From NCBI GenBank assembly GCA_964035545.1, contig OZ037765.1:7388698-7452697 (forward strand): DNA of 64,000 bases. The letters run 5' to 3'. This stretch comes from Bugula neritina (Eukaryota; Animalia; Bryozoa). Positions 1 to 13,122 of this stretch are shown in pieces. The translations under genes and the position numbers were made by a program. Each line of letters opens with the position of its first letter. Position 1 is the first letter of the stretch. A model generated the notes under the pieces. The model was not told the DNA's origin and did not search any database. It saw only the letters and a program-made list of their open reading frames with translations.

Positions 1-320
1 CTTAAAAATACATCCGGCAACGACTTGACTGCTGTTTGATTTTACTTTCTTGAAACTTTTGTTTCACCGTTCAACTAATATTTTATTAAAAATTGCATTT
101 TGGTGAATGCTTGAGCCTCCCAATGTTGAAAGGTTATTGAAACTTCTTAAAATCAAAACATAATAATATGTTGTTGGTATTATTTTTTGTAGCAAAAATA
201 TTGCGGCATAATAATTTTAAGGCCCTATAGCTTCAAGTAAAACTGTTAGAGTTATTTGAGAAAAGTATTTTAGTACAGCTATCAACTTAGCTATTACTGC
301 AGCTATCAACATTATTGTAG

Positions 321-1330
321 AGTGACAATGTCCTAGTTGGAGATGATGGCGCCATAAAAATTGCTGACTTTGGATTTTGCGCACAACTAAGACCAGGTAA
401 AGAAAAGAGAATTACTTATGGAGGGACTACGTACTGGATGAGTCCGGAAGTCATTGCGGGGTATGCTGATAATACTGTATTGGTTTAGATTCCAACTTCT
501 TGATCCCTTAAGTGAGTTTTTTGAACAGTAAAACTCTAGACCTTCAGTTTACTGTCTACTGTGCTATACAAAACATCAAGGACAAGCGTTGTACTTACTC
601 TTCACAAGGTTAATGTATATAGTATAAGTGCAAAGCTAGTTTATTTAATGAAAATGTACCGGGTACCACTTCATACGTTGCAGCAAAGAATTTCAAGCAA
701 AATTCTTCACCCATGCATCCACATTAATTTTGCTCAAGTGTGCTTGTTCGACTAGAAAAGGTTTCCACATCTGTAAACAATTCTTCACATTTCAAGCTGA
801 AATTGAGAGAACCTTTTTGATTAAAATGATAGAGTTCAATTGTTTCTTGTAGCTAGTATGTCTACATACCACAAGAGGATTGTGCTGAAAAATCATTAAG
901 CATTATGCCTAAATACTTGATAACCAGTAAAATATAATTGGCTTATTGCAAAGTAACTTGAATGTTTGTTTAAATCATTATACTTAGATAATTATATTTA
1001 TACAGAAAAGAGTACAATGAAAAAGCAGATATCTGGAGTTTGGGAATCATGGTGATGGAGATGATACAGAGTGAGCCTCCGTATATTAATGATTCCCAGT
1101 TCAAAGCCATGCAAAAAATTGTAAAACAAGGTCGGCCAAAGTTGAAGAAAGAAGTGAAAATCTCCAAAGAGCTAGACAAGTTTTTAGATCTCTGCCTTGC
1201 CAAGAGAGCTGAGAAGAGAGCATCCGCAGACACCTTGCTAAGCCATCCATTCATTGTAGGAAATGCTTACAGTAGTGTAGAAAAGCTGATACCTCTTATT
1301 AAAAGACTGACTCAACAGATGTATGCCTGA
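321..1330 (+). CDS. PAK/STE20-family Ser/Thr kinase, last two coding exons (321-460, 1006-1330); 5' part lies outside the window
   Basis: Exon 321-460 reads [47 protein letters not shown] (subdomains VIb-VIII; DFGFCAQ is PAK-typical). It joins in phase 2 to [26 protein letters not shown]...LLSHPF, ending at TGA 1330. Confidence 0.9.
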
Positions 1331-1731
1331 CTCAATAGAACACAATCGGCCTAAAAACTCTTAGACTATTGATTTTTATGATTTTTCTTGTGATTTTCTG
1401 ACTACTCATTATAGGTTAGAGTGTTTTAAAGTTACTAACTTATACTAATATTGTTTAGTTGTGACTGAGATGGAGGAAACAAACTTTTTATTTATATGTT
1501 CTATAGTAGATTATATAATATATATTATATAATGGATTATATAATATATATTATATAATGGATTATATACATAAATGTCACTTATAACATTTGCATTGTG
1601 TCATTTTTCCTGTACTAGAAAATGTTCTATGTATGTTTTACCTCACTTCCTGTTTGAGTGTCTAGACTTATATTAAATAATAAAGTTGTCATCAGATACT
1701 TTGATGTCAACTTTGGCCTCAACCTCACTTA

Positions 1732-1946
1732 AACTCACGCAAGTTTATATAAGTCGCTATCCCTGTGAGAAACCCCTGATGGAAAGGGTTTTTGTTAGAA
1801 CGGGCTAAGGACTTGTTTAAATGAGGCACAGGAGCAATTATGACTGGATGCTCTTCCAAACATCACCAATGGCCTTTGTCAATTCGAACCAATGACTTCG
1901 TGTTCACAAAGCAAACGCTTTAACCCCTAGACCACGGCTGCTCCCT
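1732..1946 (-). mobile_element. tRNA-derived SINE, full-length copy with 13-bp target-site duplication
   Basis: Minus strand starts GGGAGCAGCCGTGGTCTAGGGGTTAAAGCG (A box) and contains GGTTCGAAT (B box). Flanked by tcaacctcactta at 1719-1731 and 1947-1959. Homologous to 41766-41974. Confidence 0.85.
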
Positions 1947-3908
1947 TCAACCTCACTTACTCCTTTTCTATATAATGTGCATGTGACTTCGCTACTAGCA
2001 TGTGACTCACATGTGAGTAGCCAAGTCACAAATGGGTAGTCTAGTCTCAAGTGAGCCTTTTATGTACAGAAGCTGCTTCATTCATAATAAACATGGAAGT
2101 TCGAATTTCATTTCAGAATTAAAGATATCAATTTTAATACAATGCAGTGGAGGCTATTTAGGCATAATTAGAGTTTCTTCTCCCAGATCATTCGATTGTC
2201 CTCCACATGTGTGCATTTTCAACACATATATTACAAAACAATATGCTGACAAATTAATAATCATAAAAAAGTAATTTACAAGTTATAACAAGTTAAAAAT
2301 GAAGCTAAGTGCTTTTGACTCAATCTTTCATTGTTTTCGCTTTGTGAGCTCTGATGAAAAGCTGTACACTTATAGTAGATGTAGTTGTGTGTCTATAATC
2401 TGTTTGTGATTGTTTACTGCATGTTGTCAATACAAAACAATAACACCACACTGCATAAATATATCAGTTTATTGGAAATTGAACTGCTACTGAGCGATCA
2501 CCTAAACTTCTGACATTTCTTGTTCAACCCTGATAAAGCCGATGATTTTATTGTATTGTGCATGACACTCTTTTGTTTTCTCGTGATAAGCAAACAGCTC
2601 ATAACCGTAATAAAATGAGCAAAAATCAATTTTGTATTTTTCAAAAGAAGTGCAGTGTGTGATTGAATACAGAGTAATGGTTGCTGCGTATTGATTATTA
2701 GATAGTTGCTGTCGCAGGTATCTTCAGCTGACTTTACCTGAAGTTAGTACGTAGCTGCCTTCTTGGGAATCAGTGCTGCTTTCTCATTATTTAGAGCTTG
2801 TTGTCCCCTTCTTAACAGTTTGGAAATCAGCTAACTCTCTATGCCGCGCGTGGTAAAAGTAAGTTATGTTGTTGTATAGAACGTGAATTTTCACCATCTG
2901 TTTGGAGATTTATCTATAGTGAACTATACAAGGTTAACTTGACAAACTATTTAACCATTTCGTTTTTTTCTTTTGTTTACACAATCACACTCACCTCTCC
3001 ACCAATCTCAAGAAAGCAAAAAATATATTTCTTTGCTTTTTTGAGGTTAGGGGGACATTTGGGTGTGATTGTGTATGGCTCCTATAGCAAGTTTCATGAC
3101 TTAGCACACTCTTTAACTAGTGAGGTAAAGCTACAGAAGATGTCATATGTGTCACATGAATACGCTAAGAAATTCCATGACTAGTCAAAGGCACACAGCA
3201 TAAAATATACAACCTATAACATAATAACTTAACATCATAGGTAATATAATATGAAATTTCAGATTGTCATATGAGATTTTAGCTACCAATTTCCTTGTTG
3301 ATGTCCACAAACTGCCCTATAAAAGACTGTTATTTCCAGATACTTTGAAGCTTATTTTAGGTGTTCAAATATTGTAAATTGTTTCAATTTGAATATTGTT
3401 AAATATTTAAATTTTAAATAAACTAAATAAGCTGGAATCAGGCTTTTATATACAGCTTTTACTATAAAAGATTCAAAGCGATTTTCAATTAAGTATGCCT
3501 ATTCATCTCAAAATTATAGACTTTGGCACTAAAGCCTAGTTATTACAACTTGATGTGAAAATAGTTGTTTAAACAATATAACTGTCACTTAGGCTAATTA
3601 TTATATAGTTGCCATGCCACCGGTAATACAATATTAGCCATCAAATCAAACAAATACATGCATCAAACGATTGATGGATACTAAAATTTAGACTCAGTTT
3701 GATAGAGTTAAGCAGCTATATGAAAGAGTCATATAGGGTGTGTTTAAGTTTATAATAACAGCTGTAATGACTGTATTCGAATTACATAAGATGAGGAAGT
3801 TACATAGTTACTTATATCTAGAATGCTATTGCCATAGATGTGGACCAATCTACATATCAAATCGTTTGACCAAGTCTAATAAGCACCTGAGTTGAAGTTA
3901 TATTCAAA

Positions 3909-6900
3909 ATGGATGGTAAATCTGCCACTGCTGCAGCCGTTCCTTCCACTGTCACTGCAAAGACATGCTCTAACTGTAAACTCTCAGTAGCCCAACCACC
4001 TGGCACAAGAAGGACAATATGGTAGGTTTGAAGCACTGTACCTCAATAAAGGTCATTGTAGCTCTGTGAATATAAGGCTAATTGGTTTAATTAATAAATA
4101 AAATGAATCTGGTATAACGTAAGTTTAATATTTAAGCCATTGTACAACTGGTGAAATAATCATAATATACATCATAATAACAACATATTTTCAATTTTAT
4201 AGCACCTTATATCTTTATTACCAAACGTTTTTTCTAGCTATATATACATAACATATAAATAAAAACTCGCAGTACAATATAAAATTATTAACATGTTGTA
4301 CAGACCAGCGTAGAGTATAGTATAGACTATTAGTAACCAATATTAGGCATTTGTGATAGTTGCAAAATAGATGCAAACTGTTGGAGGAGGGGGGGAGGCA
4401 AATCTTTTGTTTCAGTGTTATATCTTTATGAATGTGTCTTCATAGGTTACCGACATAATTATCAAATTATCAGCAAAGTCAATATTTAAAGCTGCATAAA
4501 TGCATAACATATTGTGGGCTAATATTAAAGTATAGCTAAAAACGTTGAGCATAAATGGTTATTGTTATGTTTATTATATAGCCATTCTGTATATTTAGAT
4601 TATATTTACTGCGGTAGTGGCCTAACTATTTATTATACTTTAAAATGCCTTTTACTTTTTACAGTCCTGGTTGCGGCTCGTTTTATGATGCAGCAGTTGC
4701 CAACGATGTTCGAAAATTTCAAAATGGCCGTCTTCGACACACAGAATCCGATCAATTGAGGGATCGATATGCGAAACTACACAGAGACAAAATGGATAAG
4801 GAATCGATGAAGCAACAGAAATCAGAGGTTAGTTTAAAGATTAGGTCTTGGCTTAAAGAGAACTGAAAATAAAACATCATTCATAATTGTTTTTTGTCAT
4901 ACATGCATCTATTTTTTAATTTCAGTGTAGTGTATATGAGCTGAAGCTTATGCTTGAGGTTATATAGCACCTAAAATTGCAATTGTTTCTTCAGCTTCAC
5001 AATTAGCATTATACAATTACATGTGCACAATGGACATCCAATAATTCTAGCTGAAAAGGTTTTAGTTAATCCTTGTAGTTTCTTTAAATAACCAACATAA
5101 CTGTTTGTTGTTAAAGCTTATAATAAGACTTTGTTACATAGGAAGCTTTTCAGCATAAAATATTGTGTAGTATTATATCATATTATATACAGCAGCAAAC
5201 ATTGACATCACCAACTGTAATGTCTTATTGATTTTTATCATAAGACTAAAACGTTTTCTGAATATTCAACTCACATCTTTAAAACTTCGCCATGAATGCT
5301 TTCAGGAAATGAGATTGGTCCATGTTTATAAAATATAATAATCTATAATATAGTTATAGTTTCATGGCATAGGAAAAGCTGTAAAACAGTTTCATAGTTA
5401 ATACTTGGAATACTCAGCATATGTTATATGTTTGAGAATGAGATTAGATCTTGTAATCTGAAAAGGAGCTTTGATGAGTGATGCAATAATATCATATCTT
5501 CCAACAATTAATAGCTTGACATAAACTTTACTTGAACACTAAATAGATCATTATAGCTGCAGCATAAAATAATTAATTTATAGCTAAGGTTTAGCTAATA
5601 TTAGAAAATGTAACATCAGCAAAAAAATATTAAACACTATGAACACATTACAGACATCTAGCGGCCCTCTACAAAGCATAGCAAACTTCTTCAATAACAT
5701 TGGCTCCAGCAAGAAAAGCCAGAAATTGGAATTTGTATCGCTGCCAGATATCGATCAGAATGGAGGCAGCTTAACAGGAAGTGCTGGGATTAGCCCAAGA
5801 CCTCCTTCCACTCCTAGAGACGCAGCTAAAAAGTCGAGAGGAAAAGAAAGAGTGCCTGAACGTAACTGGACTTGCTCGGAACTGAAGTAGGCATATTGCA
5901 CAGAACCTTTATGCTGATGAAACACTAAAGCCCTAATAAGCCATAGAAACCATTGTGGCTATTGTATGGATATAGATTATTTATGGAATATGCTGTATTT
6001 TAGAGTTTGGAGTTTAGTATAGCAACTGAAATAGCTATGTTGAACATTAGCACGCTGAAATCTCTTATAGCAGTGTGCAGGAAGAATAGGTTTTAATGCC
6101 ACCATTTCCTATAACTTGTAGGCACCTGTATAAAACTGCCAAGGATACAGAGAACTGGACAGAACTCAGTTCTATGTACAGCTTGATGTTTCACTCATTT
6201 GCAGAAGTGAATGCCACATTCAAGGTAATGTGTGATTCTTTTATTAATATTTTATATTTACATGACACCACAAATCAAAGCTTAAAAAACTGTAATATTG
6301 AACAAAGCCTAAATAAGTTTCTTATTTTCATGCAACCTTCGGATAACCAAGCTTGTCTGCAATGAAAAACATAACAACAAGCATAGCAGCTACCATAATT
6401 TATTAGACTGTGCTTTTTAAAATTTGAATATCATGACTTACATATACATGAAAATCAAAGCATTTAAACATAATAGGGAGAATAATGGGGCAAATAAGCA
6501 TTTATTAAATGCAACCACTAAATTACTAAATGATGTGCATTATTTTATATTTTATTCTGTTGTAATGAAATATTTAGTAAATTCTGTATGAGATGAATAA
6601 AAACTCTATTAACAATACAAAATTTAGTGTCTAATAACAGTTCCAAAAGTTGATGTTTTCCATTGGTTATATATTTAACATGATGAATGTTAGACTTCTC
6701 ACATTACATATATAATTGCATTGCAGTATTTTGCTACTAGTAAGACCCATAAGCTTAATATTGGTAACAAGCACATTATTAATTACTATATAGCATCTCT
6801 GTTGCTATATAGCTGCAAAATCAACGATTTGTTTATAGAAGGCCCCACAAAGTCAAGAATGTGACACGACTGAAGAATCTGGAATTCAACTCGATTTAGT

Positions 6901-9900
6901 TGAGACTGTTTATGAAATTTTGAAAAAAGCGGTAAGTAGAGCATTTCGTAAATTCCGACAGAAATACAAAAATGTTGCAACTAGATATAGGTAGAGTAAA
7001 GAAACTATGGTAAAGAATTGAGAGCCCTTTCAAAATGACTTTGCTTTGCTACCATCTATTACAATATCGACCAGGAAAATGCAGTGCATAGAAAGTTGCT
7101 TAATTCTTGTCAGTTGAATTATCACAATTAATAAGACTCTAATTGATAAAATGTAAAGGAAAATGTAAAAGAGTAAATGTAAGCAAAATTTACCTTTTAC
7201 AGCCAAGTGATATACAGAAAGCTGTTCTAAAGTCCATCATAAACTGTTTGCTATCTGATAAAGGGTGAGTAGCTTCAAATTATTAAAAGTTCTTAAGTTC
7301 TAATACACTGCTTTTATTTAATGTATTATATATTGTTATAGTGATATATTATTATAATAATATAATACTATAATATATTATGTATTATGGTTTAGTCAGT
7401 TAAACTTCCACAAAATGCTATTTGCTCTATGAAATGTATATAGAGTGATTTATCTTTAGAATAATTATATGACACTATAATATATAGTTCTAGATTCTTA
7501 AGTCATACAAATGAAATTTTGTTTGAACAAGCACACTTATGATTGTGGCTTTTTTTACAAATATAAATGAATCAGGTTTAGATAACTGGTTGAGCAACAT
7601 TTTCTATATATCAATATCTATAGGCTTTCGGAGACCACTAAAGCAAGAGTGAATGTGGGAAAAGATGAACTCCGAGCTTACCTCATATTTTCACTCGTAA
7701 GTTTATATAAATAAGTAAATGATTATAATGTGGTATTGAGCTGAATGAGATTTGTTATGGCTAGTTATAGTTTATAATATACATTTATTTTATATATATT
7801 ATATTTATTTTTATATATTTAATATTTGCATTTTAGAATCCACTGTTTCAAAATGTAACAACCTTTGTTATATTTGCTCATTTACTGAGACAGATTTCCT
7901 CTCTATCTGACCAAGGGCACCATTTCTTAGTTCACTGGTATAAAAGGTATGACAGTGTATATACTGAATAGAGATAATATCAAACTAATGTATTACATAT
8001 TATGTTACTTTGCTATAACACTAGTGTTACTTATTCAATATAGTATTCTATCTACATTGATGCAATATGTACTCATTTTACAGAATTTTATAGCATTTTG
8101 TAAAACAATGAATCTATACACATCACTACCCAATTTGTTTCCATAAATATTAAATCTATATAAGATAGCTTCAGTGAAGTATAAATGATAGATATACTGT
8201 CCAGGCTAATGCTAACCATTTAGTATAATTATATTGATGTTGTGAGAATACGTATAGGCTCTATAACTCATCAGATGCATTATGGATGATTAATTCTTAA
8301 TAGAAAATTGAAAATCTATAATGTAGAAGATTATACTAAAAAGTAAAGTACAGATAACTCCTTAAATGAAATACTACCAGACTCTTTCTTGCAGTGTTGA
8401 TATGTAGTTTTAGGGTCTTGATGCACCCTATGTTTAGTGATGAATAGACATGCACATATACATTATACAGTGTCTTTCTTATCTTGATTGGGCAGATTTA
8501 ATGCTAAACAACAATTTAAAAATAATTTCATATACCTACAATATATTATTATATTACATAATTTTGTATAATTTTCTTAGCTTAGTTATTGGCTTTTAGC
8601 AGACCAGGTTTTTATTCCGTTAGTGACCTTGGGAATTTCTGATGCAAATTTTTAACAGAGCCGGCTGTCATCTCTACTATCATATATTATTATATAGATG
8701 TTTTGGGTTTTTTTTAAGAAGGATAATATGATATAAACAACTATTATAGGCTATATATGTCAAACTAAAGGGGTTAAGGTGCTTAGGTTATTTTGCACAT
8801 AGCTGTATTTAGCAAAATTATAGAACATAATGAAATGAATTTCAGTTTGGCAATAAAATGTTGACATGTTATTTTAGTGTTAGCGTGGAACAATTCAGGA
8901 GCTTAGTGCAGAAACTGAACAAGTTTATAAGTTTGAGGCTGTTTCCTGCAAACCCTACTGATTTACCCCCCATGTCTAAGTGTCAATGGTGGATCCCCAG
9001 CTGCTGCAAAGTCTTAGCTCTTCTCAGTAAGAATAGTATTCTGTACTTCTGTGTTTGTATATCTGCAGCATATTAATGTATATCTGCAGCATATTAATGT
9101 ATATCTGTATGTTTGTATATTGCATGGTTGAGAGTGAATTCTTAGCTTTGTGCTCACAAGTCACAACTATAGTATGTTGTTATTGAAATAAATTAAAAAA
9201 TAAACTTTTCTAATCTTTAAGATACCTGCTTCAATGTGTGAGCACAGCTTTGCTTGCTGCAATGTCTATATTTTTTTGAATAAGCCTATTTTTCATTGGT
9301 GAAAATTCCTTCAGAAAAATCCCCCCCCCCCCCCCCCCCGCCTAATTTTATAACTATACCAATTGCATAAAACTGTCAAAGAATACCATGTGCTAGCCAA
9401 ACATATTCATAAATATTTTAATGAGTATATTACAAACTTACATTTAGATGCAACAAGCAACTTGATGGAGCCACCTAAAATCCTTCACACAGACTTTTAT
9501 AATGAAATTCTGGATAATGTTGATTTGCTCCAAGAATACAAAAACTGGCAAAACCCAGAGTATCAGGGAGGGTTTTCCTTTTGCCAATATCCTTTTCTCA
9601 TAACAATTTCTGGCAAACGAACTATCCTCCAAAAAGATTCTGAGACACAAATGATAAAACAGGCTGAGGTGAGATATTCAGACTTTTTAATGCATGCAGG
9701 GTTTATTATTGACCAGTTTTTAATGATATGTTTAGATTTTGGTGCAATGTTAGTTGTAATTATATAAGTAACAATTCTACTTTTAGAAAACCATCAAAGC
9801 AGTTGTACAGCAAAGACAAAAAGTTGATATGGACAATTTGTTTCTAAACCTTAACGTGAGACGAAAGCACATAGTCAGTGATTCTTTGGTAGAAGTAAGT

Positions 9901-12900
9901 GACACTAAATACACTTAGCAGCTCACTAGTTTTAGCAGAAATACTAAAAAACATGGCACTCATATATTATGCATTTGTATGCAATTTACCAGATACATGT
10001 GCATTTATATAATCTCTCTATTGGCTGCATAATTAGTTTAGAAGCAGAAAACAATATTTTTGGATGCATTATATTTGGCAAAATAATTTGAAATATTTGG
10101 AAAGATTGAAGCTATCATTTTAATCTTTGTAGAAAGATAAAAATAAAACTATATGTACAGATATTAGGAAAATTCCTCTTAGCTTGCCAGTATTCATTTT
10201 TTAATTTGGTCTATTTTGATAATATTTTTTCCATAAAAACTTAAAAATATGTGGTAAATAGCCATAAATAAACATACAGATACTACATGTACAGTAATAC
10301 ATAACATAAATGTATGTTTGTTGAAGATTGCCAAACATAAATTTGACTTAAAGAAGAAGCTGAAAGTAACATTTGTGGGAGAGCCAGGGTTGGATCTTGG
10401 AGGACTGACGAAGGAGTGGTTCCTCATTCTGCTGCGAGATCTTTTCCGTCCAGAGTATGGCATGTTTGTCTACACCAAGTCCGCTGACACCTATTGGTTC
10501 AGCCTACATAACAGAGATGCCAAACTGAAGGAGTTCAACCTTATTGGAGTTGTATCCTCTATATTGTCTACACCAATTGTGACTTTGACGTGATCTTAAA
10601 TTAAAAAACTTAAGTCTGTTTTTAAGTTTCCATCTGCTGTTGGTAAAAGTTATTTAAATAGGCTAAGGATTGTGTATGCTAAGATAAAGTCTGAGCACTT
10701 CTGATGAAATGCCCTTTCTGACATCACTAAAGGCTCTACTATAGTGCACACTAGTCCAGCCCTCTGACCACTAGATCACAGCTGATATTTTATTGCTTTT
10801 AAAAATTTAATTGTATAAAAGATGGGTTTAGTAAAATATTTCATCCTTCACTAACATGACTAGCTGATGGGACTTGCTGTTTACAATGGCATCAACCTTG
10901 ATATCAGGCTGCCATTCATAGCATATAAGAAGTTGCTGTCCCCTGCAGTAGTTCCTTGCAACAACCCCAATGCTACAGTTGGAGTCATTCCTAAACCTTC
11001 AATCTATGACTTGGAATCTGTAATGCCGGTTTGTAGAATTGGTTTGCCATTTAGCTGACAGTTGATTATTGAATTATTATAGATTAGTAATTGAACCTTT
11101 ATTGGTTCATTATTGAATTATTATGAACTGAAAACTAAACCATACACTACTATATAGATTCATATTTGGACTAGTATTGATTATATTTGAGGTATTATCA
11201 TTTATGGGTTCTGATAACTCGAATGCATTACCTTCAAGTTTATTTATATTTCATAAGTACTTGTTAGTTCATAATAGATGTAACATTGTAATGTTGTGGC
11301 TTTAATTCTAAATGCTAATAATTAAAACATAAAAATGTCCATACTTCAAAAGTTCAATATTTCAAATGAGACTAAATAATAAATGCATACAATTTTTTTT
11401 GAGCTATTTACAATAAAAATGGTGAAAAATCTACCATCAGTAAAATTTAGATTTAAAACTTGAAAATCTTTCTTGAAGTTGGTTTTGTTTTCAGAACTAT
11501 TCAATTAGGTGGTAGAGCAAATAGAATGTAAGGGTTACTGGGAAATTACGGCCTGTAGAAATAGTCATGATAACACATATTATTATGTTATAATATTACA
11601 TTTTACTTATTAATACACAGGATGTAGCTCATAGCCTAAAAGAGCTTCTAGAATATGATGGAGATGTTGAAGAAGATCTCTGCCTCACTTTTCAAGCAAG
11701 CATTGGTCAAAATCAGCGAATGATCACTGAGGAGCTAGTAAAAGGTCTGAAGAAAATTAGACTTGGTTTTTTATAAAAACTATTAGCTTTGTTGAAATCT
11801 TTCATCACATATTCACACAATGTTCTCACTAAAATGCATTCAAACCATCATCTCTGTAAATATAACATAACCTATAAGCATACAGTATATGAATATAAAG
11901 TATTAGTAAAGTTCTACAATAATTTTTTTTATAAATATGCTGTTAGGTGGTGCTGAAATGGCAGTGACTAATGAGAACAGACAAGGATACGTTGACCTAT
12001 ATTTAGACTGGATATTAAACAAGTCTATTTATTTGGTGTTTCGGGCATTTTATCATGGCTTCCACAGTGTGTGCGCTTCAAATGCATTGTTGGTGAGTAT
12101 AGCAATTGTATATGATATATGAATGCATTCAACGCACGCAAAAATGTTTTTAAAGTTCTCTAAGAAAAGTCAGACTAGCCTTTTTAATCTAAGTAATATT
12201 AGCTTAAGAATAATATTATAATTGATGATTAAACATATTCATATCGAAACAATAATTATCCTTAATTTATTAAATCACAAATTAATTATTACAATTATTT
12301 GCAACACTGTAGGCTACCACAGAAACATAATATATAGTATATCATAATGTAATGGGACAACAATAATACAATGTGCTAGTAAACCACATATACTAATTAT
12401 TGTATCAGCGTATTAATTTTGTGTTGATCAGATTGCTGAGACCTTAACTGAATTTTAGACACTGAAACCAGTTGAAGTAGAGGTGCTGGTTTGTGGATGT
12501 CCTAACATTGAGATAGACAAGTTAGAGAAAGTTTGCAGATATGATGGCTACCACCAACGAGATCAAAACATCAAGTATGTCATGTAAATTTAAACTATTG
12601 AAATAAATCATGTTTAACATATCATTTCAGCACCATTATCATGCAGCTGCTATGGCATACTGCAAAATAAAAATGACAAAATCTTTTAGAGACTTTTGGG
12701 AAATCCTGTACAAACTAAATAAAAAAGGCCAAAAGAGTTTGCTGCGATTTATTACCGGAAGTGATCGGATTCCAGCTGGAGGGTTCAAAGATATGACATT
12801 CAAGATTTCTAGAGTAAACAACCCTGAAATGTAAGTTAGCCCATAAAAGTGTTCAAACTTTACAACTTGAACTGAACTGGTTATTTGGAAACTATAGTAT

Positions 12901-13122
12901 GTAAGTGCTAGCTAATAAACCATTTAGTTAGCCGCTTATATTGTATATTACAATAGCTTTTCTCTTGAAAATTACAACTACCTACTATATTCTTCTGTCA
13001 GGTTGCCTGTTGCCCACACATGCTTCAATCATTTAGTCTTACCAGCTTACAACAATAAGAAAGTAATGCAGCAGAAACTGCTAATGGCAATTAGTAACAC
13101 TGAAGGGTTTGGATTGGAATGA
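3909..13122 (+). CDS. HECTD2: HECTD2-like HECT E3 ubiquitin ligase, about 821 aa, 18 coding exons: 3909-4021, 4665-4827, 5654-5886, 6122-6224, 6839-6931, 7203-7264, 7624-7696, 7837-7946, 8878-9026, 9448-9668, 9787-9894, 10327-10551, 10864-11028, 11621-11744, 11947-12092, 12459-12574, 12690-12830, 13002-13122
   Basis: All exons join in frame (2466 nt). HECT motifs are LKVTFVGEPGLDLGGLTKEWF, RFITGSDRIP, catalytic LPVAHTCFN and terminal EGFGLE*. HECTD2-specific blocks include IQKAVLKSIINCLL, VIFAHLLRQI, FSFCQYPF and FYHGFHSVCASNAL. Confidence 0.93.
9057..9107. repeat. Short tandem repeat, 21-bp unit tatatctgcagcatattaatg, about 2.4 copies (intronic)
   Basis: Directly visible duplication. Confidence 0.8.
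10552..10863 (+). other. U12-type (minor spliceosome) GT-AG intron in the HECTD2-like gene
   Basis: 5' splice site GTATCCTCT. Branch-site-like TCCTTCAC at 10844-10851, ending 12 nt before the intron end, with no polypyrimidine tract. Removal gives NLIGV|LMGLAVYN in phase 0. Confidence 0.85.
10660..10785 (-). mobile_element. Degenerate copy of the tRNA-derived SINE inside the U12 intron
   Basis: Minus strand CAGCTGTGATCTAGTGGTCAGAG resembles the SINE head. Plus-strand ggctaagga and atgccctttctgacatcactaaaggc align with the body of the 1732-1946 copy. Confidence 0.55.

Noticed and set aside
1870-1946. tRNA gene
   Set aside because: A and B boxes are present but there is no complete cloverleaf. 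It is followed by a SINE body and flanked by a TSD. The 41766 copy is likewise a SINE, and 59479 is an isolated head without a cloverleaf.
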